From Mobula hypostoma (lineage: Eukaryota): a stretch of 64,000 bases of DNA. Location: contig NC_086097.1 of NCBI RefSeq assembly GCF_963921235.1, positions 222,148,001-222,212,000 of the forward strand. The letters run 5' to 3'. This document shows positions 37,900 to 50,427 of the stretch, piece after piece (position 1 is the first letter of the stretch; every line of letters begins with the position of its first letter). The notes under the pieces are model-generated. The model was given only the letters and a program-made list of their open reading frames with translations. It was not told the origin of the DNA and searched no databases. Position numbers and translations under genes: made by a program.

Positions 37900-40835
37900 G
37901 GGGCAGGAATGGTTACTTAGAGTGGCAGGCTTTAGATGTTTCAGAAAGGACGGGAAGGGAGGCAAGAGGTGGGGGCATGGCATTGCTGATCAGAGATAGT
38001 GTCACAGCTGCAGAAAAAGAGGAAGTCATGGGGGGATTGTCGACTGAGTCTCTGTGGGTGGAAGTTAGAAACAGGAAGGGGTCAATATCTCTACTGAGTG
38101 TATTTTATAGACCACCCAATAGTAACAGGGACATCGAGGAGCAGATAGGGAGACAGATTCTGGAAAGGTGTAATAATAACAGGGTTGTCATGGTGGGAGA
38201 TTGTAATTTCCCAGATATTGATTGACATCACCCTAGAGCAAGGGGTTTAGGTGGGGTGGAGTTTGTTAGGTGTGTTCAGGAAGGTTTCCTGACACAATAT
38301 GTAGATAAGCCTGCAAGAGGAGAGGCTGTACTTGATCTGGTATTGGGAAATGAACCTGGTCAGGTGTCAAATCTCTCAGTAGGTGAGCATTTTGGAGATA
38401 GTGATCACAATTCTATCTCCTTTTCCATAGCATTGGAGAGGGATAGGAACAGACAAGTTAGGAAAACCTTTAATTGGAGTAAGGGGAAATATGAAGCTAT
38501 CAGGCAGGGACTTGGAAGCATAAATTAGGAACAGATGTTCTCATGGAAATATAAGGCCAAAATGTGAAAAAATGTTCAGGGGATATTTGCGTGGCATTCT
38601 GCATAGGTACATTCCAATGAGACAATTAGGGTACAGGAACCGTGGTGTATAAAGGCTGTTGAAAATTTAGTCAAGAAGAAAAGAAAAGCTTATGAAAGGT
38701 TCAAAAAACTAGGTAATGATTGAGATTTAGAAGATTATAAAGCTTGCAGGAAGGAGATTAAGAATGAAATTAGGAGAGGCAGAAGGGGCTTGGTGGACAG
38801 GATTAAGGAAAACCCCAAGGCATTCTACAAGTATGTGAAAAGCAAGAGGATAAGACGTGAGAGAATAGGACCAATCAAGTGTGACAGTGGAAAAGTGTGT
38901 ATGGAAGCAGAGTAGATAGCTGAGGTACTTAATGAATACTTTGCTTCAGTATTCACTACGGAAAAGGATCTTGGTGATTGTAGGGATGACTGACAGCAGA
39001 TTGAAAAGCTCGAGCATACAGACATTAAGAAAGGAGATGTGCTGGAACTTTTGGAAAGCATCAAGTTAGATGTCTCCGGGACCAGATGAGATGTACCCCA
39101 GGCTACTGTGGGAGGCAAGGGCTAAGATTGCTGAGCCTCTGGCGATGATCTTTACATCATCAATGGGGACGGGGGAGGTTCTGGAGGATTGGAGGAATGC
39201 AGATGTTGTTCCCTTATTCAAGAAAGGGAGTAGAGATAGCCCAGGAAATTATAGACCAGTGAGTATTACTTCAGTTAACACACATCAAAGTTGCTGGTGA
39301 ACACAGCAGGCCAGGCCGCATCTCCAGGAAGAGGTACAGTCGACCTGACGAAGGGTCTCGGCCCGAAACATCGACTGTACCTCTTCCTAGAGATGATGCC
39401 TGGCCTGCTGCGTTCGCCAGCAACTTTGATGTGTGTTGCTTGAATTTCCAGCATCTGCAGAATTCCTCGTGTTTGAGTATTACTTCAGTGGTTGTTAAGT
39501 TGATGGAGAGGATCCTGACAGGCAGGATTTATGAACATTTAGAGAGGCATAATATGATTAGGAATAGTCAGCATGGCTTTGTCAAAGGCAGGTCGTGCCT
39601 TACAAACCTGATTGAATTTTTTGAGGATGTGACTAAACACGTTGCTGAAGGTAGAACAGTAGATGTAGTGTATATAGATTTCAGCAAAGCATTTGATAAG
39701 CTATCCTATGCAAGGCTTATTGATGAGGTTAAGAGGCATGGGATCCAAGGGGACCTTGCTTTGTTGATCCAGAATTGGCTTTCCCGAAGAAGGCAAAGAG
39801 TGGTTGTAGACGGGTCATATTCTGAATGGAGGTTTGTGACCAGTGGAGTGCCTCAGGGATCTGTTCTGGGACCCCTTCTCCTCATGATTTTTATAAATGA
39901 CCTGGATGAGGAAGTGGAGGGATGGGTTAGTAAATTTGCTGATGTCACAAAAGTTGGGGGTATTGTGGATAGTGTGGAGGGCTGTCAGAGGTTACAGTGG
40001 CACATCGATAGGATGCAAAACTGGGCTGAGAAGTAGCAGATGGAGTTCAACCCAGATAAGTGAGAAGTGGTTCATTTTGGTAGGTCAAATATGATGGCAG
40101 AATTTAGTATTAATGATAAGACTCTTGGCAGTGTGGAGGATCAGAGGGATCTTTAGGTCCGAGTCCATAGGAGATGAGCAGGTTGACTCTGTGGTTAAGA
40201 AGGCATACGGTGTATTGGCCTTCACCAACCGTAAAATTGAGTTTAAGAGTCGACTGGTAATGTTACAGCTACATAGGACCCTGGTCAGTCCCCACTTGGA
40301 GTACTGTGCTCAGTTCTGGTCACCTCACTACAGGAGGATTTGGAAACTATAGAAAGGGTGCAGAGGAGATTTACAAGGATGTTGCCTGGATTGGGGACCA
40401 TGCCTTATGAGAATAGGTTGAGTGAACTTGGTCTTTTCTCCTTGGAGCGACGGAGGATGAGAGGTGACCTGATAGAGGTGTATTAGATGATGAGAGGCAT
40501 TGGTCGTGTGGATAGTCAGAGGCTTTTTTCCCAGAGCTGAAATGGCTATCATGAGAGGGCACAGTTTTAGGGTGCTTGGAAATAAGTACAGAGGAAATGT
40601 CAGTGGTAGGTATTTTACGCAAAGAAAGGTGAGTGTGTGTGGAATGGGCTACTGGCAATTGTAGTGGAGATGGATATGATAGGGTCTTTTAAGAGACTCC
40701 TGGATAGGTACATGGAGCTTAGAAAAATAGAGGACTATGGGTAACCCTTGGTATTTCTAAAGTACATGTTCGGCCTAACATTGTGGGCTGAAGGGCCTGT
40801 ATTGTGCTGTAGTTTTTCTATGTTTCTATGTTTCT
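37900..40835 (+). mobile_element. CR1 LINE ORF2 (APE and RT) and 3' UTR, 5'-truncated, multiple stops
   Basis: [50 protein letters not shown]; (TTTCTATG)n tail; AAAT on both flanks (37896-37899, 40836-40839). Confidence 0.93.
39276..39473. mobile_element. 198-bp palindromic Penelope pseudo-LTR insertion with a 16-bp TSD and hammerhead core
   Basis: TGAGTATTACTTCAGT at 39260-39275 and 39474-39489; arms 39277-39343 and 39371-39437 are inverted; CTGACGA-AGGGTCTCGGCCC-GAAA at 39345-39368. Confidence 0.92.
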
Positions 40836-41178
40836 AAATTGCTGCATCAATGGAAACAGCAACCAGAGACGCAATTGCATTGCAGTCAAGAATGAAAGTG
40901 AGTGGGAACAGTCTAAACAGAAGCCTGAACAAATTGTGTTACCATTGTTGCAGGCACTCACATAGAGAGACATTCTCTAATAAATATAATTGATTGTTAT
41001 CAAATCACCTTGCCCGGTATCTCAGGGCTGCTTGTGTCTGTGCCCACCTCTGGCACTCCTTTTCTGCCATCTGTCCTATACCCCTCCCATGGCTCTACAC
41101 TCACTACTTCCAACATCCTTTGCTCCCCCCTTTGCACTCTGTTTCACATTGACAAATGCAATAACCTTAGTTCCCAAG

Positions 41179-41198
41179 ATATATATATATAGATATAG

Positions 41199-41242
<44 letters not shown>
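41179..41242. repeat. Compound (TA)n/(TG)n microsatellite
   Basis: Directly visible. Confidence 0.95.
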
Positions 41243-41243
<1 letters not shown>

Positions 41244-41370
41244 CCCCCAAGATAGATGAGCAAAACAATACATATTCAATACAAATTCATGAATAGCTTC
41301 TTCCCCTCTGCCATCTGACATTGAATCTTTTTCTCTCTGCTAGATTATATATTGCATTGAACTGCTGCTA

Positions 41371-41956
41371 CAAGAGCTGGACAGTTGATTGGCAAAAGGG
41401 ATATGAGAGGATCATGGGACAGGAGGCCTAGGGAGAAAGAAAACAGAGAGAGGAGACCTCATATTCCATCTGGGTAGCGTCCAACCTGATAGCATGAACA
41501 CTGACTTCTCTAACTTCTCCTAATGCCCCACCTCCCCCTCGTACCCCATCCGTTATTTATTTGTATACACACATTCTCATTTTCTCTCTCTTTTTTCTCC
41601 CTCTGTCCCTCTCACTGCACCCCTTGCCCATCCTCCGGGCTTCCCCCTCCCCCTTTTCTTTCTCCCTAGGCCTCCTGTCCCATGATCCTCTCGTACCCCT
41701 TTTGCCAATCAACTGTCCAGCTCTTGGCTCCATTCCTCCCCCTCCTGTCTTCTCCTATCATTTCAGATCTCCCTCTCCCCCTCCCACTTCCAAATCTCTT
41801 ACTAGCTCTTCTTTCAGTTAGTCCTGATGAAGGGTCTCTGCCCGAAACGTCGACTGTACCTCTTCCTTTAGATGTTGCCTGCCCTGCTGCGTTCACCAGC
41901 AACTTTTATGTGTGTTGCTTGAATTTCCAGCATCTGCAGATTTCCTCGTGTTTGCG
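41371..41956 (+). mobile_element. Penelope-like 3' end (GIY-YIG tail and pseudo-LTR) with an inverted partial copy upstream
   Basis: LIFHLGSVQPDSMNTDFSNF* near 41458-41523; 41371-41443 is the inverted copy of 41654-41726; hammerhead motif at 41820-41855. Confidence 0.9.
41820..41855 (+). ncRNA. Minimal hammerhead ribozyme motif
   Basis: AGTC-CTGATGA-AGGGTCTCTGCCC-GAAA-CGTC-GACT. Confidence 0.75.
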
Positions 41957-43244
41957 TATCCTCTATGACTATTACATTTCTCTTTTCTCTGCATTTGAAT
42001 ACTACCTTGAAGCAAGGTGCTATTGAGAATTTAGATATTGTGGGTGCAATGCCTATTTTCACTTGGCTTTTTAATCTCTCACTCTTTATATTCATGTTGC
42101 GTTATTACTGCAACATACAATTATGCAACTAACTACATTAACAACTGCAAAGCGACTGTCACCATTTTACTTTGTTAGTAACAAAAGACAAATTACAGTA
42201 TTGTATACTTTGTGGCAATTGCCACAATGTTTAATCTGAAGGATACCATCATATTGTTGTATGTTTGTTCTCAATTGTGCTTTAGTAGTCTAAGCATTAA
42301 TTTTGTAATATTATGTTATTTTAATCAACTTAGCTCCCCTAAGCCATTACTTTCAATTTAATTTTGTTCCAGCCATGACTCTTGTGCCTCTTCGTACATC
42401 ATTCATATTAAGTGTAAATTGCATCCAAGATACATAACTTTCACATTGCAGCTGACCTATTACAACATTTTCGAGAAGCAAAAGAAAAATATATAATGCA
42501 GAATCAGTCACTGATTTGTGGAAACGTTATCCACAGTAATGACTGTTATAGAGGGTGGAATGATTCATTTCTGAGACAAGATCAGAATTTTCTTTTAAAA
42601 CCAGATCATTATAGCATAATGATTTTAAAAAAGTAACATAATAGAAATGAGTAATGCAGACGCATGGTTAAATTACAGACAGGCAACTTTTAGAACATGC
42701 AAAATGCAAAATTTAGAATCTGGTCATTTTGATAATCATAAAAATTTTCTTTTTATTATTAAAATTTCAAGTCACCAATGTCCAGCAGAAGGGGGAGCCT
42801 ACACCCTTACTCAGTCAGACTGACAGTCTACATTACTACAAGATGCGGTTACTGTTGACTACAATTCCTTTTGTCTTAAAGAAATAATGTGGTAACAGTC
42901 TCTGATACAGTTCGTAGCTAACAAATAAAATTGTAAACAGACTTTCAGCCATGACTAATGGTAACAATTGATTGTTTATCAGATGAGAAGTCTCCTTGAA
43001 CATCCTTATCTTAAATTGTACTGGAGACCAGCATATGAGAATAAAAAGACTGAAGTACTTGAACAATCTTTGGTGAAATGTACCCAGTGAATATTTCTTC
43101 TTGACATCATCCTGAGGTTCCCTCCTTCACACACAAACCAGTCTTCCTTAATGGCATCCTATCAGCCATCTTAAGTACTTAATCCCTATACAATACTCCA
43201 AACCATCTTCAGCTATGCCTCTCAAGCCTAAAAAATGAGAGTAT

Positions 43245-45845
43245 CAAATGCTTAACAAGCTACAAGCCCATGATATTACAGGAAAGATTCTAGCTTGGAA
43301 TAAGCAGTGGCTAATTGGCAGGAGGCAGAGTGGGAATAAAAGGAGACTTTTATGGTTGGCTGCCAGTGACTACTGGTGTTCCACAGGGGTCTGTGTTGGG
43401 ACCGATTCTTTTTATGTTATATGTCAATGATTTGGATGACAGAATTGATGGCTTTGTTTGTGGATGATATGAAGATAGGTGGAGGGGCAGGTAGTTTTGA
43501 GGAAGTAGAGTGGCTACAGAAAGTCTACGACAGATTGGGAGAATAGGCAAAGAAGTTTAAGATGGAATTAAGTGTCAGGAATTGTATGGTCATGAACCTT
43601 GGTTAAAGAAACTAAAGGGTAGACTATTTTCAAAATGGAGATAAAATTCAAAATTCTGAGGGATGAAGGGACTTGGGAGTCCTTGTGCAGGATTCCCTAA
43701 AGGTTGATTTGCAGGTTGAGTTTGTGGTGAAGAAGACAAGAGGACCAGTATATAAAAGCAAGGATGTAATGTAGAGCCATTATAAAGCACTGGTGAGGCT
43801 TCACTTGGAGTATTGTGAGCAGTTTTGAGCCTATCATCTTAGAAAGGATGTGCTGATGCTGGAGAGGGTTCAAAGGAAGTTCACGAAAATGATTCCAGGA
43901 TTTATCAGCTTTACATATGAAGAGAGTTTGATGGCTCTGGGTCTGTATTCACTCGAATTCAGAAGAATGAGGGTTGACCTCATTGAAATGTATTGAATAG
44001 TGAAAGATTTTGATAGAGTGGATGTGAAGAGGATATTTCCTATGATGGTCTAAGACCAGATGTCACAGCTTCAGAATAGAGGTGCATCCTTTTAGAACAG
44101 AGATGAGGAGGAATTTCTTTAGCCAAACAGTGGTGAATCTGTGGAACACACATCAAAGTTGCTGGTGAACGCAGCAGGCCAAGCAGCATCTATAGGAAGA
44201 GGCGCAGTCGACATTTCAGGCCGAGACCCTTCGTCAGGACTAACTGAAGGAAGAGTGAGTAAGGGATTTGAAAGCTGGAGGGGGAGGGGGAGATGCAAAA
44301 TGATAGGAGAAGACAGGAGGGGGAGGGATAGAGCCGAGAGCTGGACAGGTGATAGGCAAAAGGGGATACGAGAGGATCATGGGACAGGAGGTCCGGGAAG
44401 AAAGACAGGGGGGGCGGGTGACCCAGAGGATGGGCAAGTGGTATATTCAGAGGGACAGAGGGAGAAAAAGGAGAGTGAGAGAAAGAATGTGTGCATAAAA
44501 ATGAATAACAGATGGGGTACGAGGGGGAGGTGGGGCCTAGCGGAAGTTAGAGAAGTCAATGTTCATGCCATCAGGTTGGAGGCTACCCAGACGGAATATA
44601 AGGTGTTGTTCCTCCAACCTGAGTGTGACTTCATCTTTACAGTAGAGGAGGCCGTGGATAGACATGTCAGAATGGGAATGGGATGTGGAATTAAAATGTG
44701 TGGCCACTGGGAGATCCTGCTTTCTCTGGCGGACAGAGCGTAGATGTTCAGCAAAGCGGTCTCCCAGTCTGCGTCGGGTCTCACCAATATATAAAAGGCC
44801 ACATCGGGAGCGCCGGACGCAGTATATCACCCCAGTCGACTCACAGGTGAAGTGATGCCTCACCTGGAAGGACTGTTTGGGGCCCTGAATGGTGGTAAGG
44901 GAGGAAGTGTAAGGGCATGTGTAGCACTTGTTCCGCTTACACGGATAAGTGCCAGGAGGGAGATCAGTGGGGGGGTTGGGGGGGAACGAATGGACAAGGG
45001 AGTTGTGTAGGGAGCGATCCCTGCGGAATGCAGAGGGGGGGGGAGGGAAAGATGTGCTTAGTGGTGGGATCCCGTTGGAGGTGGCGGAAGTTACGGAGAA
45101 TAATATGTTGGACCCGAAGGCTGGTGGGGTGGTAGGTGAGGACCAGGGGAACCCTATTCCTAGTTGGGTGGTGGGAGGATGGAGTGAGAGCAGATGTACG
45201 TGAAATGGAGGAGACGCGTTTAAGAGCAGAGTTGATAGTGGAGGAAGGGAAGCCCCTTTCTTTAAAAAATGAAGACATCTCCCTCGTCCTAGAATGAAAA
45301 GCCTCATCCTGAGAGCAGATGCGGCAGAGACGGAGGAATTGCGAGAAGGGGATGGCGTTTTTGCAAGAGACAGGGTGAGAAGAGGAATAGTCCAGATAGC
45401 TGTGAGAGTCAGTAGGCTTATAGTAGACATCAGTGGATAAGCTGTCTCCAGAGACAGAGACAGAAAGATCTAGAAAGGGGAGGGAGGTGTCGGAAATGGA
45501 CCAGGTAAACTTGAGGGCAGGGTGAAAGTTGGAGGCAAAGTTAATAAAGTCAACGAGTTCTGCATGCGTGCAGGAAGCAGCGCCAATGCCGTCGTCGATG
45601 TAGCGAAGGAAAAGTGGGGGACAGATACCAGAATCTGTGGAATTTGTTGCCACAGACATCTGTAAAGGCCAAGTCTTTCTGTATATTTAAAGCAGAGGTT
45701 GATAGATTTTTGATTGGTCAGGGCATGAAGAGATATGGGGAGAATGCAAGGAGCTGAGAGGAAAAATGGATCAGCCATGTTGAAATGGTGGAGCAGACTC
45801 AATGGGCCAAATAGCCTAATTCTGCTCTTATATCTTATGGTCTAA
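43245..45845 (+). mobile_element. Older CR1 RT and 3' end, interrupted by a Penelope element
   Basis: [44 protein letters not shown]; resumes at 45643 and runs to the 3' UTR. Confidence 0.85.
44147..45630 (-). mobile_element. Penelope-like element, 5'-truncated (RT YIDD region, GIY-YIG, pseudo-LTR), 12-bp TSD
   Basis: FLRYIDD, LPFLDL, TDVYYKPTD, VIYC...LYIGET...RFAEH...HFN; TSD GAATCTGTGGAA at 44135-44146 and 45631-45642; hammerhead motif at 44206-44241. Confidence 0.95.
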
Positions 45846-45984
45846 ATTCAAACAAATCGCCTCAAAGTCAGAAGCCCCTCTAATCATGCATCAATTAGAC
45901 CTGGTTTATGTTTCCACAGGGTGAAGATCCTGTATCTCCATGACATGCAGCACTGTGGGAGTGGTTTTACTGGATGCATTGCAC

Positions 45985-46210
45985 TCATTTGCTCATTATG
46001 TGCCGAGTCATATGACATGGGTGATCATGGTCTTTCCATGACCATGATTGTTCCTGGCAAATTTTTCTCCAGAAGTGGTTGCCATTGCCTTCTTCTGGGC
46101 AGGGTCTTTTCAAGACAGGTGACCCTAGCCACTATCAGTACTCTTGCCAAGATTGCCTGGCATCAGGGGTCGCATAACCAGGACTTGTGACATGCACCAT
46201 CTGCTCGTGG
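45985..46210 (-). mobile_element. SINE with an RTE/BovB-like 3' segment
   Basis: Minus strand GAAGAAGGCAATGGCAACCACTTC...GCCAGGAACAATCATGG resembles RTE-type 3' ends; assigned from recall only. Confidence 0.5.
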
Positions 46211-47034
46211 ACTGCAGCAGCATGAGAAATAGGCTCACTGTCAACTTCTCAAGAACAATTGGGTGTAGGACTATTTTCTAAACTTTTCTACATAGGCCGG
46301 ATCCGACAAATGAATGGATGTTTGAAAGATTCTCAAATGCTCTTGGTGATAGCTTCCTTTAAGTGACAGATTTTTTTTTTATTCACAGTCATAGTAATTG
46401 CATTGTGGTTGCAGTGCTATTTAATGGCTTCACAAAGCTCCAAATTAAGTATAAGCAACAAATCTATTTTTTCTCATATCTGATGTCCTTGTATTTCTCC
46501 TCGATTAAGAGGATGAGGAGCTCCCTGCAGGTCTGCAGAGAATTTCATTAGCAGGCTGCCTTCCCTTGGAGAATCGTGACTAGAGGATTGTGTCACAACC
46601 TGTAACAAGATGAGAAATCAACTGTCAGATTTAGCATGATACTGTCTATTTCAGTCAAAAGTGATTGAGCTCTTAACTACATTTTATCTCTGATTCCTTC
46701 CCACTTGCCACAGGGAAATCTGTGAAGACATGGTGCTTTATCTATGTCTAGACCTTGTTCTTCCCCCACACACATTTGTTGTAGTTACAGAAGTCATTGA
46801 GAGCAGAGACAAGTTTTGAATGTCTATGTGCAAAAAGAAAGAGGCGCTGTGAGATGTGCTGCCAGGTGTGGAAGGCAGACGTGAAGAACAGGAATGAAAA
46901 ATAATACTGGGGCTAAAGTTATTTGCTATACTTGAGTTTATTCCAGCAATTTTGTTGAGCTGTATTTTCATGTACTGTAGTCAAATCTATGCTATGGTGG
47001 TGTTAGATGGTGTGGAAAGACATCAATAAAAGAT

Positions 47035-47196
47035 ACAAGAAGTTCCGCAGATGCTGGAAGTTTTGAGCAACCCACACAAAATGCTGGAGGAATTCAGCAT
47101 CTATGGAGGGAAATAAACACTCGGCCAGAAATGCCAACTGGATATTCCTCTCCATCAGTACTAAGTGACCTGCTGAGTTCCTCCAGCATTTTGTGT
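47035..47196. mobile_element. Degenerate inverted pair of Penelope pseudo-LTR ends
   Basis: ACACAAAATGCTGGAGGAATTCAGCA ... TGCTGAGTTCCTCCAGCATTTTGTGT inverted arms, preceded by the GCAGATGCTGGAA tail. Confidence 0.75.
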
Positions 47197-47856
47197 CTGT
47201 CGCCTGACAATTCTAGGGTTGGCTACATAGACGTTCTTAGCCACTTTCTACCGTTACTACCATTCCAGAAAGTGCACCTCCTCTCTGCTGATTGCTTACT
47301 GCAAAGTTACATCAGCAACTCAAAGATGAAGCTCAGGAGCATTAAAGAAATCCAATAAGGTCTTTAGGAGGAACTTTTTTATTCAAAGTACGGTTAGAAT
47401 GCGATTCCCTCCCACAGGGAGTGGTCCAGTTGATTATTAATGATTCATTTAAGGAGAGTCTTGGTAATGGGAGGCAAAAGGTGATGGTGGGTAGTTTCTG
47501 TGATTGGAAGCCTTTGCCAGAGGTTTACTATGGGGTATGAATGTAGGAGGCATGATTAGTACATTCATTGATGACATGAAAATTGGTGGAGTTGTTTATC
47601 ATATGGAGGGTAGTCATAGGCTACAGGATAATACAGCTTCATGTCTGGGAAGATAATGATAGAAACAGTGATCCAAATCATTTGAAAGGGGTCACCAACC
47701 CTGCAGAAAAAGTATGTGCAGTTCAATGCTTGATTTACCTTATTTGACAGTGTTTGAATGTGACTTAATTGCTTTCTATTGTGTCAATTGAAATAATAAT
47801 TTCTTTGCAATCATATAATCTAATTGAAGCTTTCTTAAAATATCTGTACACACATA

Positions 47857-47972
47857 CACTCAGTGGCCACTTTATTAGGTACAGCTCAATGCGAACTAGT
47901 TAATGCAAATATTTAATCAGTCAATCATGTAGCAGTAACTCAATGCATAAAAGCATGCAGTTATGGTCAAAA
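47857..47972 (+). mobile_element. Tc1-like transposon terminal fragment
   Basis: TA followed by CACTCAGTGGCCACTTTATTAGGTACA, a Tc1-type terminus; no partner end found. Confidence 0.65.
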
Positions 47973-48484
47973 AGCTGCAATCTAAGCATTTATTTCCAGA
48001 CAGATAGAACAGAAAAATGGCTGAGTTGTGTTAAAATTCTGTTAAGTCTGGTTTAGAGCGTATCTGGGGAGTTGGTTGCATACTATGAACAACATACTGA
48101 AACACAGAAGAGGGTGCAATAAAAATTCACAAGGATTATACCTGGACAGCATAGATTATACCTTAACCAGAAAGGATGAAAAACTACTTGTGCCCATTAT
48201 GAATATTTTTAATGAAATTTTAGACGAGAATGAAAACCTAGATTTTGGAAATTCAGACATGGTTTTAAATATATGTTGTATTATAATAAGGCATTTATGC
48301 AATGGAGATGCAGCAGTAAGGCATTTGAGAAGATACCTCATGTCAGACTGATCCAGAAGATCAAGATGCATGAGATCCATTGTGACTTGATAGTTTGGCT
48401 TGCCACACACACTTTAAGTAAGCCTTTACAAATGCCTTGTTTTCCTGCCTGCGTGTTGTGCGCTTTTGATATTTATATTTGTGA

Positions 48485-49545
48485 AATTCAAAGTTCGAAG
48501 TAGATATAGTATATACCACCATATACAACCCTGAGATTCATTTTCTTGCGTGCATACTCTCTAAATCTATAATAGAATAAAAAGAATGAAAGACTGCATT
48601 AATTTGGGTGTTCAATCAGTGTATAAAGAACAACAAAATGTGCAAATACAAAAACAAAGAAATAGTAATAATAAATAAATAAACAATAAATATCAAGAAC
48701 ATGAGATGGAGAGTTCCTGAAAGAGAGTACATAGGTTGTGGGAATATTTCAATGATGGGGCAGGTGAAGTTGAGTGAAGTTATCCCTTTTGGTTCAAGAG
48801 CCTGTTGGTTGAGACATAATAACAGTTCCTGAATCTGGTGCTGTGAGTCCTCAGTCTGCTGTACATTCTTCAATATTGGCAACAATGAGAAGAAAGCATG
48901 GCCTGGATAGTGGGGGTACTTGATGGTAATGCTTCCTGTAGATGTGCTGAATGGTGGGGAGGGCTTTACCTTTGATAGACTGCACCGTATCCATTACTTT
49001 TTGTAGGTTTTTTCGTATAAGGGCATTGGTGGGTTTTTTTAGCACACCATGATGCAAACAGTCAATATACTCTCCAGCATGCATCTATAGAAGTTTGTCA
49101 AAGTTTTAGATGGCGTGCCAAATATTTGCAAATTTAGAGGTACTGCTGTGCTTTCTGCATAATGGCAGTTATGTGCTGGACCCTGGAAAGATCCTCTGAA
49201 ATGACAACACTGAGGAATTTAAAGTTGCTGACCCTCTCCACTTTGATTCCCCGATTAGGAATGGCTCAAAGACTTCTGGCTTCCTCCTCCTGAAGTCAAT
49301 AGCCAGCACTCAACCAGATTTTCAATCTTCCTCCTATATGCTGATTCATCACCACCTTTGATTCAGCCAATGACAGTGATGTTTTTGGCAAACTTAAGTA
49401 TGGTATTGGAGTTGTGCTTTACCTCAGTCATAAGTACAAAGCAAGTAGAATGGGGGGCGGGTCTAAGCACACAACCTTGTGATGCATCTATGCTGGGTGG
49501 GGGTGTTTTGGCGGTAATGTTGCAAATCCAAACTGACCAGGGTTA
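48485..49545 (-). mobile_element. Degenerate Rex1/Babar LINE 3' half
   Basis: Decayed QGCVL.P, FAKNIT, FKFL and FYRC..ESIL; 3' UTR with a TTCGAACTTTGAA tail. Confidence 0.8.
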
Positions 49546-50427
49546 GATACAATTAACATTTTGGGGCTATACTGTATACAGTCAATGACTAGGTCCGATA
49601 AATTAAGTTATATTTTATCCTTTAAGGTCAAATGGAGTGCTTAATTAGATTCAGTTGAAGGTCAAAGAAGAATTGAGAACCCATTTTGAACACTAAATAA
49701 CATTTGTACAAGCTGACCTTTAAAGCTATGATATAAGTGGAGAATAGAACAGTTGATTTTCAGGATTCCTTCTGCGCAGTGACCTTTGCACACCAAAAGC
49801 TCCAAAATCTAGCTTTTTAAAACTTATTCTCAAAGAAGTTCTAACAACATTCATTCAAAGTACGCTTGGTACTAAACTCAATAAAACCCCTACACAAATT
49901 TAGTATTGACACATAACTCATATTTTTCAGCTAAATATGATTAATAAATATCCCAGGGGACATTACTGGTTTCCTCAAATCAATGCAACATAATTACAGT
50001 AAAAAAGTATTTTTAAGAGAGCCAGTATGGTTAACAAAAGAAGGCACGGGGTCATGCTTACAATATTTTCTGGGTCAGATTTGCTTCAATAACAGGTAAA
50101 GATCAGAGCACAAATTTGACAAGAGCTTATTTGAGCCAAGAAGCAAAGTCATGTATGTCGTAGGACCATAATGCATGGAAAGAAACCCTTTGGCACACCG
50201 AGCAAATGCTAACCTGTATTAATCACATTTTTTATCATTTAGTCTTAAAAATCATATTGCTTCAAGAACCTATTTAGATAAACTATAACCTCCCAGCTTG
50301 TATTGTCTCAGGCCTAGCTAATGAAGGCCTTATTATCAGCTCACTGTCTTCAGTGATCCTTGGACTTCTAAACTACAGTTCCATATTTCCTCACAATTTT
50401 CTCGGGTCCTACCTTTCATTGTGTATA

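Larger units (their letters stand above)
37025..40965 (+). mobile_element. Degenerate Gypsy remnant: LTR 37025-37271, PBS-like TGGTGATGAGG 37273-37283, gag from ATG 37600, split by a CR1
   Basis: TG...CA LTR; MAGYIGK, NEIAN.KQIPVLLS..GGKVYSL.KNL.APTKP; the reading TFKRVAEI-AASMETA continues across the CR1 into a decayed CYHC..H knuckle. Confidence 0.75.

Noticed and set aside
40990..41321. ORFs with VCVCVC and THTHTH runs
   Set aside because: Translations of the (TG)n microsatellite.
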